Shown: one piece after another, positions 19,871 to 27,703 of the stretch
How positions within the stretch are numbered: the stretch's first letter is position 1
How the letters are laid out: every line of letters begins with the position of its first letter
Origin: Patescibacteria group bacterium
GTDB taxonomy: Bacteria > Patescibacteriota > WWE3 > UBA101185 > 2-01-FULL-41-18
NCBI GenBank assembly: GCA_038064575.1
Contig: JBBTST010000005.1
Span: 1,382 to 65,381 of the forward strand
Length of the DNA: 64,000 nucleotides
Reading direction: 5' to 3'
Position numbers and translations under genes: made by a program
Notes under the pieces: model-generated
Database searches by the model: none
Seen by the model: only the letters and a program-made list of their open reading frames with translations
Told to the model about the DNA's origin: nothing

Positions 19871-20105
19871 AAATCTCTTTGAAAAAATGTTTTGTTAAAC
19901 TGTCATATGTTTTTTTTATTTCTGGGCTTTGAATTTCGTTGCTGGTGTTATTGTCAATGTCTATAACAGTCTTAATATATATGTCAAAACGCTCTCGTAA
20001 CTGAGTTATCTCTTCTTTTGTAAATGGTGTGGCTCTAGTTAACATCATAAAAATGATCACCTGTTTAAAGAGCTTTATTTGAGATTTGCTCAGTCCGACC
20101 TTCAA
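19863..20105 (-). CDS. small hypothetical protein (80 aa)
   Basis: First gene of an overlapping two-gene module at the left edge of the accessory region. Confidence 0.3.
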   Translation of the reverse strand: MKVGLSKSQIKLFKQVIIFMMLTRATPFTKEEITQLRERFDIYIKTVIDIDNNTSNEIQSPEIKKTYDSLTKHFFKEIYE

Positions 20106-20165
20106 ATACTATATATCTATACTACAAAATTTGTTCATCACCGCAAGAGTGTTGACCAAATTTCA

Positions 20166-20232
20166 TGGCTGAGCATGGCTGTCTAGAACCTGTTTCATTC
20201 TCCAGGCTAGAAATGAGACAAATGAAACAGTA
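20166..20232 (+). repeat. Repeat A, a tRNA-3'-end-like direct repeat. It is the partner of repeat B at 24416-24482.
   Basis: About 67 nt and roughly 80 percent identical to copy B in the same orientation. On the minus strand it reads TTCTAGACAGCCATGCTCAGCCA, which looks like T-loop, T-stem 3' strand, acceptor 3' strand, discriminator and CCA. It contains a perfect 10-bp inverted repeat CTGTTTCATT/AATGAAACAG. Confidence 0.55.
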
Positions 20233-20272
20233 TAAAAGGTGTGTTCCAAGTTTATTATGTGTTTTTATTTAG

Positions 20273-20803
20273 TTACGGGGTTGGAACTATCTGTAGTTGT
20301 TGCTCAACTTGCTGATTAGATTCTGTACCAAAAGTTACGAGAAGTTTATCGCCGTCTTTTATCTCTTGAGTAAGTGCATTGTTGCTTTGTTCATCGTTTA
20401 TATAAAACTTTAAAGTTCCACGATTTCCATTGCAAAACGTTTCTTTAGTGCCAGTAGTTAGACATTCAGACGTTAACTTGAACGGAAGTGTTGAAAAGAA
20501 ATCATTCCAAGTTGTGCCTGACTTTTTAACCTGAACTATATTTGGATTACTTGCTTCAATATACGAATCTTGAGAGAGGTTGTGATACATGCTTGCAGTA
20601 AAAATACGAAAAGTTCCGTTGGTAAAGATCGCAAAAGACGCCTTGATATCGGTAATTGGAGTTGACGTATTCTCTGTAGCTTCCATAGAGGCCCTATCTT
20701 TGGGTAAAGATGACTCAGGCGCCGGTTGTTTATTCGAAAAAAAGTAGAATGCAAAAAGAATTACTAGGATAACTATTCCACTAATACCAATAATTTTACT
20801 CAT
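20273..20803 (-). CDS. secreted hypothetical protein with a signal anchor
   Basis: 176 aa with an N-terminal hydrophobic helix. No domain recognised. Confidence 0.4.
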   Translation of the reverse strand: MSKIIGISGIVILVILFAFYFFSNKQPAPESSLPKDRASMEATENTSTPITDIKASFAIFTNGTFRIFTASMYHNLSQDSYIEASNPNIVQVKKSGTTWNDFFSTLPFKLTSECLTTGTKETFCNGNRGTLKFYINDEQSNNALTQEIKDGDKLLVTFGTESNQQVEQQLQIVPTP

Positions 20804-20837
20804 ACCTTAATAATATCCTATTTAGAATATATTCGAA

Positions 20838-21395
20838 TCAATATTTTTCATCTTGAACAAAGCGTAGAGCTACAGAATTCATGCAATACCTTTTACCAGT
20901 TGGTTCTGGCCCATCATCGAAGACATGACCCAGATGTCCTCCACAAGTATCTAATACTTCAATTCTATCGTCCCCTAAACCTGTTTCTTTCCTAAGAACA
21001 ATCGCGTTTTCATCAATTGGAGCCCAAAAACTAGGCCAACCAGTACCTGAATCATATTTTTGTTCTGATCGAAAAAGTGGTTTATCACAGCCAACACTGT
21101 AGTATGTTCCTTTTCGTTTTTCATTGTTCAATTCACCTGTAAACGGTATTTCAGTTCCTGCCTCGCGCAGTACGCGATATTGCTCAGGATTTAATATCTT
21201 TTTCCACTCCATGTCCGTTTTTTGCTTATCAGGATCAAAATTACCTGAGATAATCTGACTTGTTGTATGTTGCGGAGATGAAGTCTTTGGCAAAGCATTT
21301 TCTTGTAGACGGCTTATTAAAATTACTGCTCCTACCAAAAGAACTATTAAGGTGATGTGAAGAAATCCATTTTTGTGATTAGAATGTGTGATCAT
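20838..21395 (-). CDS. msrB: peptide-methionine (R)-S-oxide reductase MsrB, membrane-anchored and extracytoplasmic
   Basis: The SelR/MsrB core is GTYYSVGCDKPLF...GWPSFW...HLGHVFDDGP...RYCMNS, with CxxC zinc ligands. An N-terminal TM helix is present. Confidence 0.8.
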   Translation of the reverse strand: MITHSNHKNGFLHITLIVLLVGAVILISRLQENALPKTSSPQHTTSQIISGNFDPDKQKTDMEWKKILNPEQYRVLREAGTEIPFTGELNNEKRKGTYYSVGCDKPLFRSEQKYDSGTGWPSFWAPIDENAIVLRKETGLGDDRIEVLDTCGGHLGHVFDDGPEPTGKRYCMNSVALRFVQDEKY

Positions 21396-21403
21396 TATCT
21401 AAA

Positions 21404-23131
21404 TTACCCAAAAGTAAATGCAAACACTTCAGTATTATCATCTTCAAACTCTAGTCTAAGTATATGTCTACCAGGTGCAGATAGGTTAATGAGTTTGTAG
21501 AGTGTATCTTTATCAACCGTCACCACACCGTTTATATTATGCTCTCCAAAATCTTGCATCTTGCCATCTAGATATACCTTTACTTTAGCAGGTGTTCCCT
21601 TCGTGCGCATAACTAAAAATACTTCTTTTGAATCAAAATTAAGTGTAAGCGTTGATCCTTTCTGGGGACTAGCATACTCTTCCATCACATTCCAACTACC
21701 TTCGAATGCGAATTCATTAGTCCCTATATTTGTTGGTGTCGAGTATGTACTTATTGTATTTTCCTTAATAGTTTCAGGTGAAGCAAAATGCTCAATTCTT
21801 CCATAGCCTAAATATAATTCTGGTGTTCTTGCCTGTATCTGATAAGTTGGATTATTTATTTCTAAAGATACATCAGTTGCCCCAGCCTCTTTTAAAAGCT
21901 CTTGAATTACCTTTTCGCTTTCGTCATACTCTCCCTCTCCAAAATGTGTGTAGCGTATATAGCCTTCTTTGTCGATAAAGTACTTAGCTGGCCAGTAACG
22001 ATTGTTATATGCTTTCCATGTAGAAAAATCATTGTCCTGAACAATTGGATAAGTAAGCTTGAAATCTTTGATTGCCTGGGCAACATTTTTCTCACTTTTT
22101 TCAAACTCAAATTCTGGGGCGTGCACACCTATAATAACTAAGCCCTTATCTTTATACTTCTCATTCCAATCTTTAAGATACGGCAGAGTTCTTTGACAGT
22201 TAATACATGAGTACGTCCAGAAATCGATAATAACAACCTTTCCTTTTAGTTGTTCAAGTGTCAGTGGTTCGCTGTTAAACCATATACCTCCTGCAATAAT
22301 TTCTGATGCCTTTACACCTTTATTATTAAGTAGCTTAAACATCGGTTTACCCATATCCTCTTTTTTAATTTCGTTGGTAGATTTTTTATCTAATTGCTCT
22401 CGGATCAATTCATTATCTTCAAATTTAGTAAGACCTGTGCCATATTGAGGAAAAGTGTTTAGGATATATGTTTGGAATCTACGATCCACATTAAAAAATA
22501 TTCCTATGGCCGTTATAATCATTATTATTCCAAACAGTTTTTGTATTTGACCTAAGTTTGAGAGTAGCCATGGTACCCGCCTAAGTGCATTTTGACCGCC
22601 TAAAATAATCAAAAACATAGGAATAGCTGTTCCAAGAGAATAAGCGAGAGTGATTAAGAAAGCATCAAGTGTGACAGTACCCGTTATAGCAAGAGATATT
22701 ACAGAAGCAAGGATTGGCCCAACACAGGGAGTCCAGAGTAGCCCAATAGACAAACCAATTATTAAACCTCCCCTAAAGCCAGTTTTACCTTGGTTATTGG
22801 GCATACCGCTCGAAAGTTTAGAAAATAAGTTTTCAATTACTAACTGGAATTTTGGAATAAGTAAAGACAGTCCAAAACCGGCGACAACAAGTATAGAAAC
22901 TAACCTAAGCGTTTCTGCAGGAATTCCACTGATGCGTACAATGGTAGAAAGAAAAAGCGTAAAGAAAGTAAAACTAAGGATAAATCCAACAACTACGCCA
23001 ATTGGGCGAGACTTCCCTGTATTAATACCACCGACACTTGATGTGAGAATAATTGGCAATACAGGGAGAATACATGGTGAAAGTACCGTTATAATACCTG
23101 CTAAAAATGCAAATGCTAAAAGTAATATCAT
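21404..23131 (-). CDS. CcdA/DsbD-like transmembrane electron transporter fused to a TlpA/ResA-like thioredoxin domain
   Basis: 575 aa. The N-terminal polytopic region carries the two conserved Cys of CcdA/DsbD-beta. The C-terminal periplasmic domain has a WTYSCINCQ thioredoxin-fold active site. Confidence 0.7.
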   Translation of the reverse strand: MILLLAFAFLAGIITVLSPCILPVLPIILTSSVGGINTGKSRPIGVVVGFILSFTFFTLFLSTIVRISGIPAETLRLVSILVVAGFGLSLLIPKFQLVIENLFSKLSSGMPNNQGKTGFRGGLIIGLSIGLLWTPCVGPILASVISLAITGTVTLDAFLITLAYSLGTAIPMFLIILGGQNALRRVPWLLSNLGQIQKLFGIIMIITAIGIFFNVDRRFQTYILNTFPQYGTGLTKFEDNELIREQLDKKSTNEIKKEDMGKPMFKLLNNKGVKASEIIAGGIWFNSEPLTLEQLKGKVVIIDFWTYSCINCQRTLPYLKDWNEKYKDKGLVIIGVHAPEFEFEKSEKNVAQAIKDFKLTYPIVQDNDFSTWKAYNNRYWPAKYFIDKEGYIRYTHFGEGEYDESEKVIQELLKEAGATDVSLEINNPTYQIQARTPELYLGYGRIEHFASPETIKENTISTYSTPTNIGTNEFAFEGSWNVMEEYASPQKGSTLTLNFDSKEVFLVMRTKGTPAKVKVYLDGKMQDFGEHNINGVVTVDKDTLYKLINLSAPGRHILRLEFEDDNTEVFAFTFG

Positions 23132-23134
23132 AGA

Positions 23135-23677
23135 TCACTTAATATTAGAAAGTAATTCGGTTATTTTTCCACCGTTCCATTTTGTAAGCTCGTTACCCTG
23201 TTCATCTATTTGGACAAAGGTATGTTGGTAAGTAATACCATATTTTTTAGCAAGATTTTTTTCGTCTTGATCAGTTTCAGGATCATTGTAATTTACTCTA
23301 ATAACTGTAACATCTTCTGGAATACTAGATTCATCTTCTTTGAAGCTTACATCTGCAGGTTTACATGTAGGACACCAGGATGCATAAAAAAATAAAACCC
23401 TTCGACTTGTTGCTGAACCGTCAAGTACCTCTTTACTGTACATTGCATATCGTGACTTGTTTATTTTGTTTTCCATCATTTTTTCCTCAATATCTTCAGC
23501 GTCTTTTTTCATCATGGAATTTTCTGTCTCTTTTTCTGTAGGTTCTGTTACCATCGTAGTTTCTTTTGTCTTCTCCATAGAACTTTCGTTTGATGTGTTT
23601 CGAGAAACAAAATAGAATACTAATCCTGCAACTACTACAAAACTTACTATTAAAATATTTTTTATTGAATTTTTCAT
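23135..23677 (-). CDS. secreted thioredoxin-like protein
   Basis: 180 aa with a signal anchor and a WCPTCK (CxxC) thioredoxin active site. Confidence 0.6.
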   Translation of the reverse strand: MKNSIKNILIVSFVVVAGLVFYFVSRNTSNESSMEKTKETTMVTEPTEKETENSMMKKDAEDIEEKMMENKINKSRYAMYSKEVLDGSATSRRVLFFYASWCPTCKPADVSFKEDESSIPEDVTVIRVNYNDPETDQDEKNLAKKYGITYQHTFVQIDEQGNELTKWNGGKITELLSNIK

Positions 23678-23744
23678 ATATTTCTAAAATGATCCTCTTT
23701 CTTAAATAAGAATAAAGTAGTTGAAAAGTAATGTCAAGTAGACT

Positions 23745-24098
23745 TTACATTCTGAAATGAGAATAAATTCTTGAGAGTAGTTTTGAAAAAATCATGGCGC
23801 AAAGAGCCATTACTAACCAGATATCAATATTGTGTTGTAATGCTTGTATGGTTATACCCAAGATTAGAGTACCAACACCGACGAGATAAGAGATTCTTCC
23901 TGCCGTCAGAATATGTATGGATTCGCGTTCATCTGAGGACTTTTCTCTAAATAAATATGCAGCGAACGTAAGAAAAGATAAGATAAAACCCACAATCAGC
24001 ATGGATACAACACTATCAGGCATGCTTAAGTTGCCTGGATTAAGAAAAATTATAGCAATCACGAGTATTCCGATAGCACTTATAGTTTCTATTATCAT
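23745..24098 (-). CDS. small membrane protein
   Basis: 117 aa with four hydrophobic segments. Its start overlaps the stop of the XRE regulator (ATGA). Confidence 0.35.
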   Translation of the reverse strand: MIIETISAIGILVIAIIFLNPGNLSMPDSVVSMLIVGFILSFLTFAAYLFREKSSDERESIHILTAGRISYLVGVGTLILGITIQALQHNIDIWLVMALCAMIFSKLLSRIYSHFRM

Positions 24099-24307
24099 AG
24101 TAATTTCTCAATTATAAACAATTTCTCAACTGATGTATTGAAATACTTTGCTATTTTTAGGGCGAGTAGTACCGAAGGAGTATAGTTGCCTTTTTCTATT
24201 GCAATAATAGTTTGTCTTGTAACATCAACAGCTTTAGCAAGATCCTCCTGCGTGACCTTGTTTTTAGCCCTATATTCTTGCACATAATTTTTAATCTGCT
24301 CTGTCAT
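24095..24307 (-). CDS. XRE-family helix-turn-helix transcriptional regulator
   Basis: 70 aa Cro/C1-type HTH (VTQEDLAKAVDVTRQTIIAIEKGNYTPSVLLALKIAKYF). Confidence 0.7.
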   Translation of the reverse strand: MTEQIKNYVQEYRAKNKVTQEDLAKAVDVTRQTIIAIEKGNYTPSVLLALKIAKYFNTSVEKLFIIEKLL

Positions 24308-24415
24308 TGCTTTTGTATTTTAACACTTTGGTTCGAAATGAAGATATTAGGATAGAGTTTTTATCAAGCCGTTGTAATGTATTCGAATGAGATGGGTCGC
24401 TTAGGGTGCTACTTT

Positions 24416-24482
24416 TGGCTGAGCATGTCGGTCTAGAACCCATTTTACTCTCTAGGATGTAAATGAGACAAATGAGACAGTA
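24416..24482 (+). repeat. Repeat B, a tRNA-3'-end-like direct repeat and partner of repeat A
   Basis: See repeat A. On the minus strand it reads TTCTAGACCGACATGCTCAGCCA. It sits immediately 3' of the Shedu-like gene. Confidence 0.55.
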
Positions 24483-24492
24483 CTCAACTGTG

Positions 24493-25653
24493 TTATAGCT
24501 TCTCACGCGATAAGTGCATAGAAGCATTACCTCTATCTAATAAGTCTTTATATGTAATCACTTCAATACCATGTAGTGCATGATTCATCTTTCTCAGAGC
24601 ATCTCTCTTATATATGTCCCAGTTAGTACTATCGCCAATTAAAATATAGGCATGGGGTTTGAGCAAAGATAGCTCAATATTATATATTTGAGCAATATTA
24701 GGTTCAATTTCTCTTCTTAGCCTATCAACTTCACTCAAGTAATTAATAACCTGTCCTATAGCAACATTTGTTTCTGCTGACCATCGCCATGCATTAGTAT
24801 GACTAGTGTCTTTAATAATAACCTCATCTGATGGGAGTTTAATTTCCAGAATGTCTACAAATCCATCTAGTGTAGGAAATAGGTAGTCGGGCATAATACC
24901 TGTTAGATTTATCTTTGCTTTCTCAATAGGTTTTTGGTAGTTCACACCAAATAACCAGTTATTTTTATAAATCCATTTTTGCCATGAATCGTCACCTGTA
25001 GTTTCCGAATAATTACCGTGTTCTAATCTCATACCGAGTTCATCGATCACATTCTGCTTTTTGCTTTGAATTCGTGCATATGTTAATTTTTGGATTAAAG
25101 TAGGATTTGATTCTGATAGATATACCCATACGTCTTCACCATATCCCGCATCAATAAGTTTCTTAACATAAGCAACTTTATTTTCGTCTGTTATTATGAC
25201 TTTTTCTGGATCAACTATAGTGTAAGAAGTTGCATCAAAATCAATTTCTTCAATACCTTTTATAAAATTTATTAATCCAAAGAAGTTTTCATGACACGAA
25301 TCCAAATCAACTCTTGCTTTAATAAGCTTGTCATCTTGCGTTTCCTTCGAGAAATTGCTAATTGCTTTATTAGAAATGTCTCTTATTTCAAATGAAAATC
25401 GTGGTGTAAACTTTCCATTTTCCTTTTTTATTAATGTAATTACACATGACTTTTCTACCTTAGCGGATTCCTCTAAGACAAATCTTTTTATAAGACCTTT
25501 TTTTGTATTTTTGAAGTACCAAAAACCATTGGTGCCAGTTTTGTCAATCTCAATTGTTGTTAAAGAATCAGAACCAACCACAAAATCTGTGTTTTCGTAA
25601 TCAGGTTCTACCGCCCACATTTTTAGTCGTTTTCGCTGATCATCAGTTAACAT
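24493..25653 (-). CDS. Shedu-like (DUF4263) PD-(D/E)xK nuclease, candidate antiphage effector SduA
   Basis: 386 aa. The C-terminal region carries MPDYLF...(14 aa)...DILEIK, a PD / ExK triad with the spacing seen in characterised SduA. A variable N-terminal domain is typical for Shedu. Confidence 0.5.
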   Translation of the reverse strand: MLTDDQRKRLKMWAVEPDYENTDFVVGSDSLTTIEIDKTGTNGFWYFKNTKKGLIKRFVLEESAKVEKSCVITLIKKENGKFTPRFSFEIRDISNKAISNFSKETQDDKLIKARVDLDSCHENFFGLINFIKGIEEIDFDATSYTIVDPEKVIITDENKVAYVKKLIDAGYGEDVWVYLSESNPTLIQKLTYARIQSKKQNVIDELGMRLEHGNYSETTGDDSWQKWIYKNNWLFGVNYQKPIEKAKINLTGIMPDYLFPTLDGFVDILEIKLPSDEVIIKDTSHTNAWRWSAETNVAIGQVINYLSEVDRLRREIEPNIAQIYNIELSLLKPHAYILIGDSTNWDIYKRDALRKMNHALHGIEVITYKDLLDRGNASMHLSREKL

Positions 25654-25784
25654 AATTTATTATAAATCCTAAAATAGAACCTTTATTCGGAAATTTATGC
25701 AGTTCTATCGTAGATAACTTTTTTACGCGTGCCATAAGGGCATTATACGAGACAGTTCATATTTGGTCACGTCTAATGGAGTGT

Positions 25785-27461
25785 CTACTTATTATCTGTT
25801 ACGCGAGCAACTAATTTCTTCCCATCCTCAGACCAAGATAGTTTTACGCTTCGTTCTGGTTTCCTAGGATATTTCTCTAAAAATTCTTTGTTTTCGGAAA
25901 TTAAATAGACTGTACAGTATGTTCTTCCATCAGGTCTTTTTAGTTTCCTGCCGTGTAAAATACCTTCTCGTTCAAGTTTACCTCTAGTAGCAGGCTGAAC
26001 ACTAAATTCGGACTTAATTTCGTATTCTTTAATCCAAATCTTATTATCATGATCCCAACTTAAAGATGGGATAATACCTTCCTTAATGTTTCTCCAACAA
26101 TCAGCACATCTTAAACCATCAAGATTCCACCATATTTTATTACTTTCTATTGTTTCTCTACATATAGCACAGGTATAGTGACCTTCCGTAGGTTCGAGAA
26201 AAAATCCCTCTGGTTCTTTTTCTAGTCTTCTCTTTCTGATGTTTTCTACAGCTTCTTGTTTGCCTTGGATTTTCGCCATTTGGACATAAGGGTGGTTTGC
26301 ATACTTAGACTTCTTTATAGGGTCAAAGTCCTGTTTCTTATCCTCTTTAACTTTTCCTGCTATTTCTAACAAATCCTCCTCTCGCTCATACCCTTTTAAT
26401 TTGCCAGAGATGTAACCTAATCTGTCACTAAGACCTTCATTCATTAAACGCCAGTTTGTATCTTCTAATTTTGTTTTTAATAGTTTTTGAAGATCATATT
26501 GTGAAGTCCTTTTATTACGAGTGGGGTCGGAATCTTGAAAAGAGAAAGGTACGATAACATGCCTATCAATTTCAGGTTTATCGAAAAAAAGCTTAGTATA
26601 TTTATGTTCATCTAAAATGCTACTAAGCATTGCTTCAAGATCCGCAATACTTAATCTTTTTAATCTTGATACTTTTTCATAAATTGGGTTATCAATCTCA
26701 CGCTTAACCTCTTCCTTTACAAAAGAAGCATACTCGGACGCTTCCATTAGTTCGATTGCTTCTGCTCCCTTTTCTTCATCAAGACAGAATTCACTTCTAT
26801 ATTTTTCAAGTAATGCTTTATCTTCGTCTTCTTTAGCTTTACGTTCTGCTCTGCTTTTTCCGAAATCGTTAACGTCTGTATTTTTATAGCCACAAGATTT
26901 ACAAACAGTTTTCCAAGTTATTACCTCCCCTTTTCTAGTTTGAGAAACTTTTACTTCTTTATTACACTTAGGACAAAGCTGTGGCTTAGATTCGTGGATT
27001 TCTCCGTTGTCGTAAACAGCAGTTTTCTTAGTACATTTTGTGCAGTCGAAAAAGAACAGTACTCTAAGAGGTTTATCTGTCCAATCGTTTTCTAGAGTCT
27101 TAAATGTTGTTTTCATAGCGGAGTTACAATCAGGACACCTTATGTCTTGTGGTTCAGAAGTATTATCGTATTTGTCTTGAAACTTTTGATCTCGGTCTAT
27201 CCACTCATTTAGTCGTGTCTTTTTATTTTGAAACTCTAAACCCTTTTTAACATACAGGCTTACATTTAACATGTATGAAAAGGCTTTATGTCGCTCTTCG
27301 TCTGGTTTGTCCTTTAACTTTTCATCGTTGGAGCTGTTTTGATAGGCTTTCTGGCATATGCGGATATGGTCTAGGCATTCTTTAATTGTGAATAAGTCGT
27401 ATAGATCAATATAGTATTGTTCAGATTTAAGGTGTTTTTCACCCCTATCTTTTTCTTCCAC
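25785..27461 (-). CDS. multi-zinc-ribbon protein of unknown function (558 aa)
   Basis: Six CxxC pairs form three predicted zinc ribbons: CPDC/CTKC, CPKC/CKSC and CAIC/CADC. No enzymatic motif recognised. Last gene of a tightly spaced three-gene operon with 12- and 17-nt gaps. Confidence 0.5.
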   Translation of the reverse strand: MEEKDRGEKHLKSEQYYIDLYDLFTIKECLDHIRICQKAYQNSSNDEKLKDKPDEERHKAFSYMLNVSLYVKKGLEFQNKKTRLNEWIDRDQKFQDKYDNTSEPQDIRCPDCNSAMKTTFKTLENDWTDKPLRVLFFFDCTKCTKKTAVYDNGEIHESKPQLCPKCNKEVKVSQTRKGEVITWKTVCKSCGYKNTDVNDFGKSRAERKAKEDEDKALLEKYRSEFCLDEEKGAEAIELMEASEYASFVKEEVKREIDNPIYEKVSRLKRLSIADLEAMLSSILDEHKYTKLFFDKPEIDRHVIVPFSFQDSDPTRNKRTSQYDLQKLLKTKLEDTNWRLMNEGLSDRLGYISGKLKGYEREEDLLEIAGKVKEDKKQDFDPIKKSKYANHPYVQMAKIQGKQEAVENIRKRRLEKEPEGFFLEPTEGHYTCAICRETIESNKIWWNLDGLRCADCWRNIKEGIIPSLSWDHDNKIWIKEYEIKSEFSVQPATRGKLEREGILHGRKLKRPDGRTYCTVYLISENKEFLEKYPRKPERSVKLSWSEDGKKLVARVTDNK

Positions 27462-27478
27462 TCTTCTATTTTACACGC

Positions 27479-27691
27479 TCAATTAATTTTTCTGAATCTG
27501 TACTTATCTTTTATATTGTCATGGAAATATGCACCGTGGGAGCTAGAATTCATTAAGCTTCGATAAACATTTTCCGGCACATTAAAATATTGGTATATAC
27601 CACCGTCGTTAAATTCTATTTCTAAAGTTGACGTTAAGCCATCATAACCAATGGAGTCTATATTAGATGAAGTTACGTTAGTTCGTTGCAT
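27479..27691 (-). CDS. KTSC domain protein
   Basis: 70 aa matching the KTSC signature SSNI.SIGYD..T.TLEIEF.DGGIYQY..VP..VY..LMN..S.G.YF..NIK..Y. Confidence 0.6.
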   Translation of the reverse strand: MQRTNVTSSNIDSIGYDGLTSTLEIEFNDGGIYQYFNVPENVYRSLMNSSSHGAYFHDNIKDKYRFRKIN

Positions 27692-27703
27692 GTCGTTATT
27701 TTA

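Noticed and set aside
20166-24482. Possibility that repeats A and B are CRISPR repeats
   Set aside because: There are only two copies, separated by 4.2 kb of protein-coding genes. They are about 67 nt long and imperfect. No array periodicity and no cas genes.
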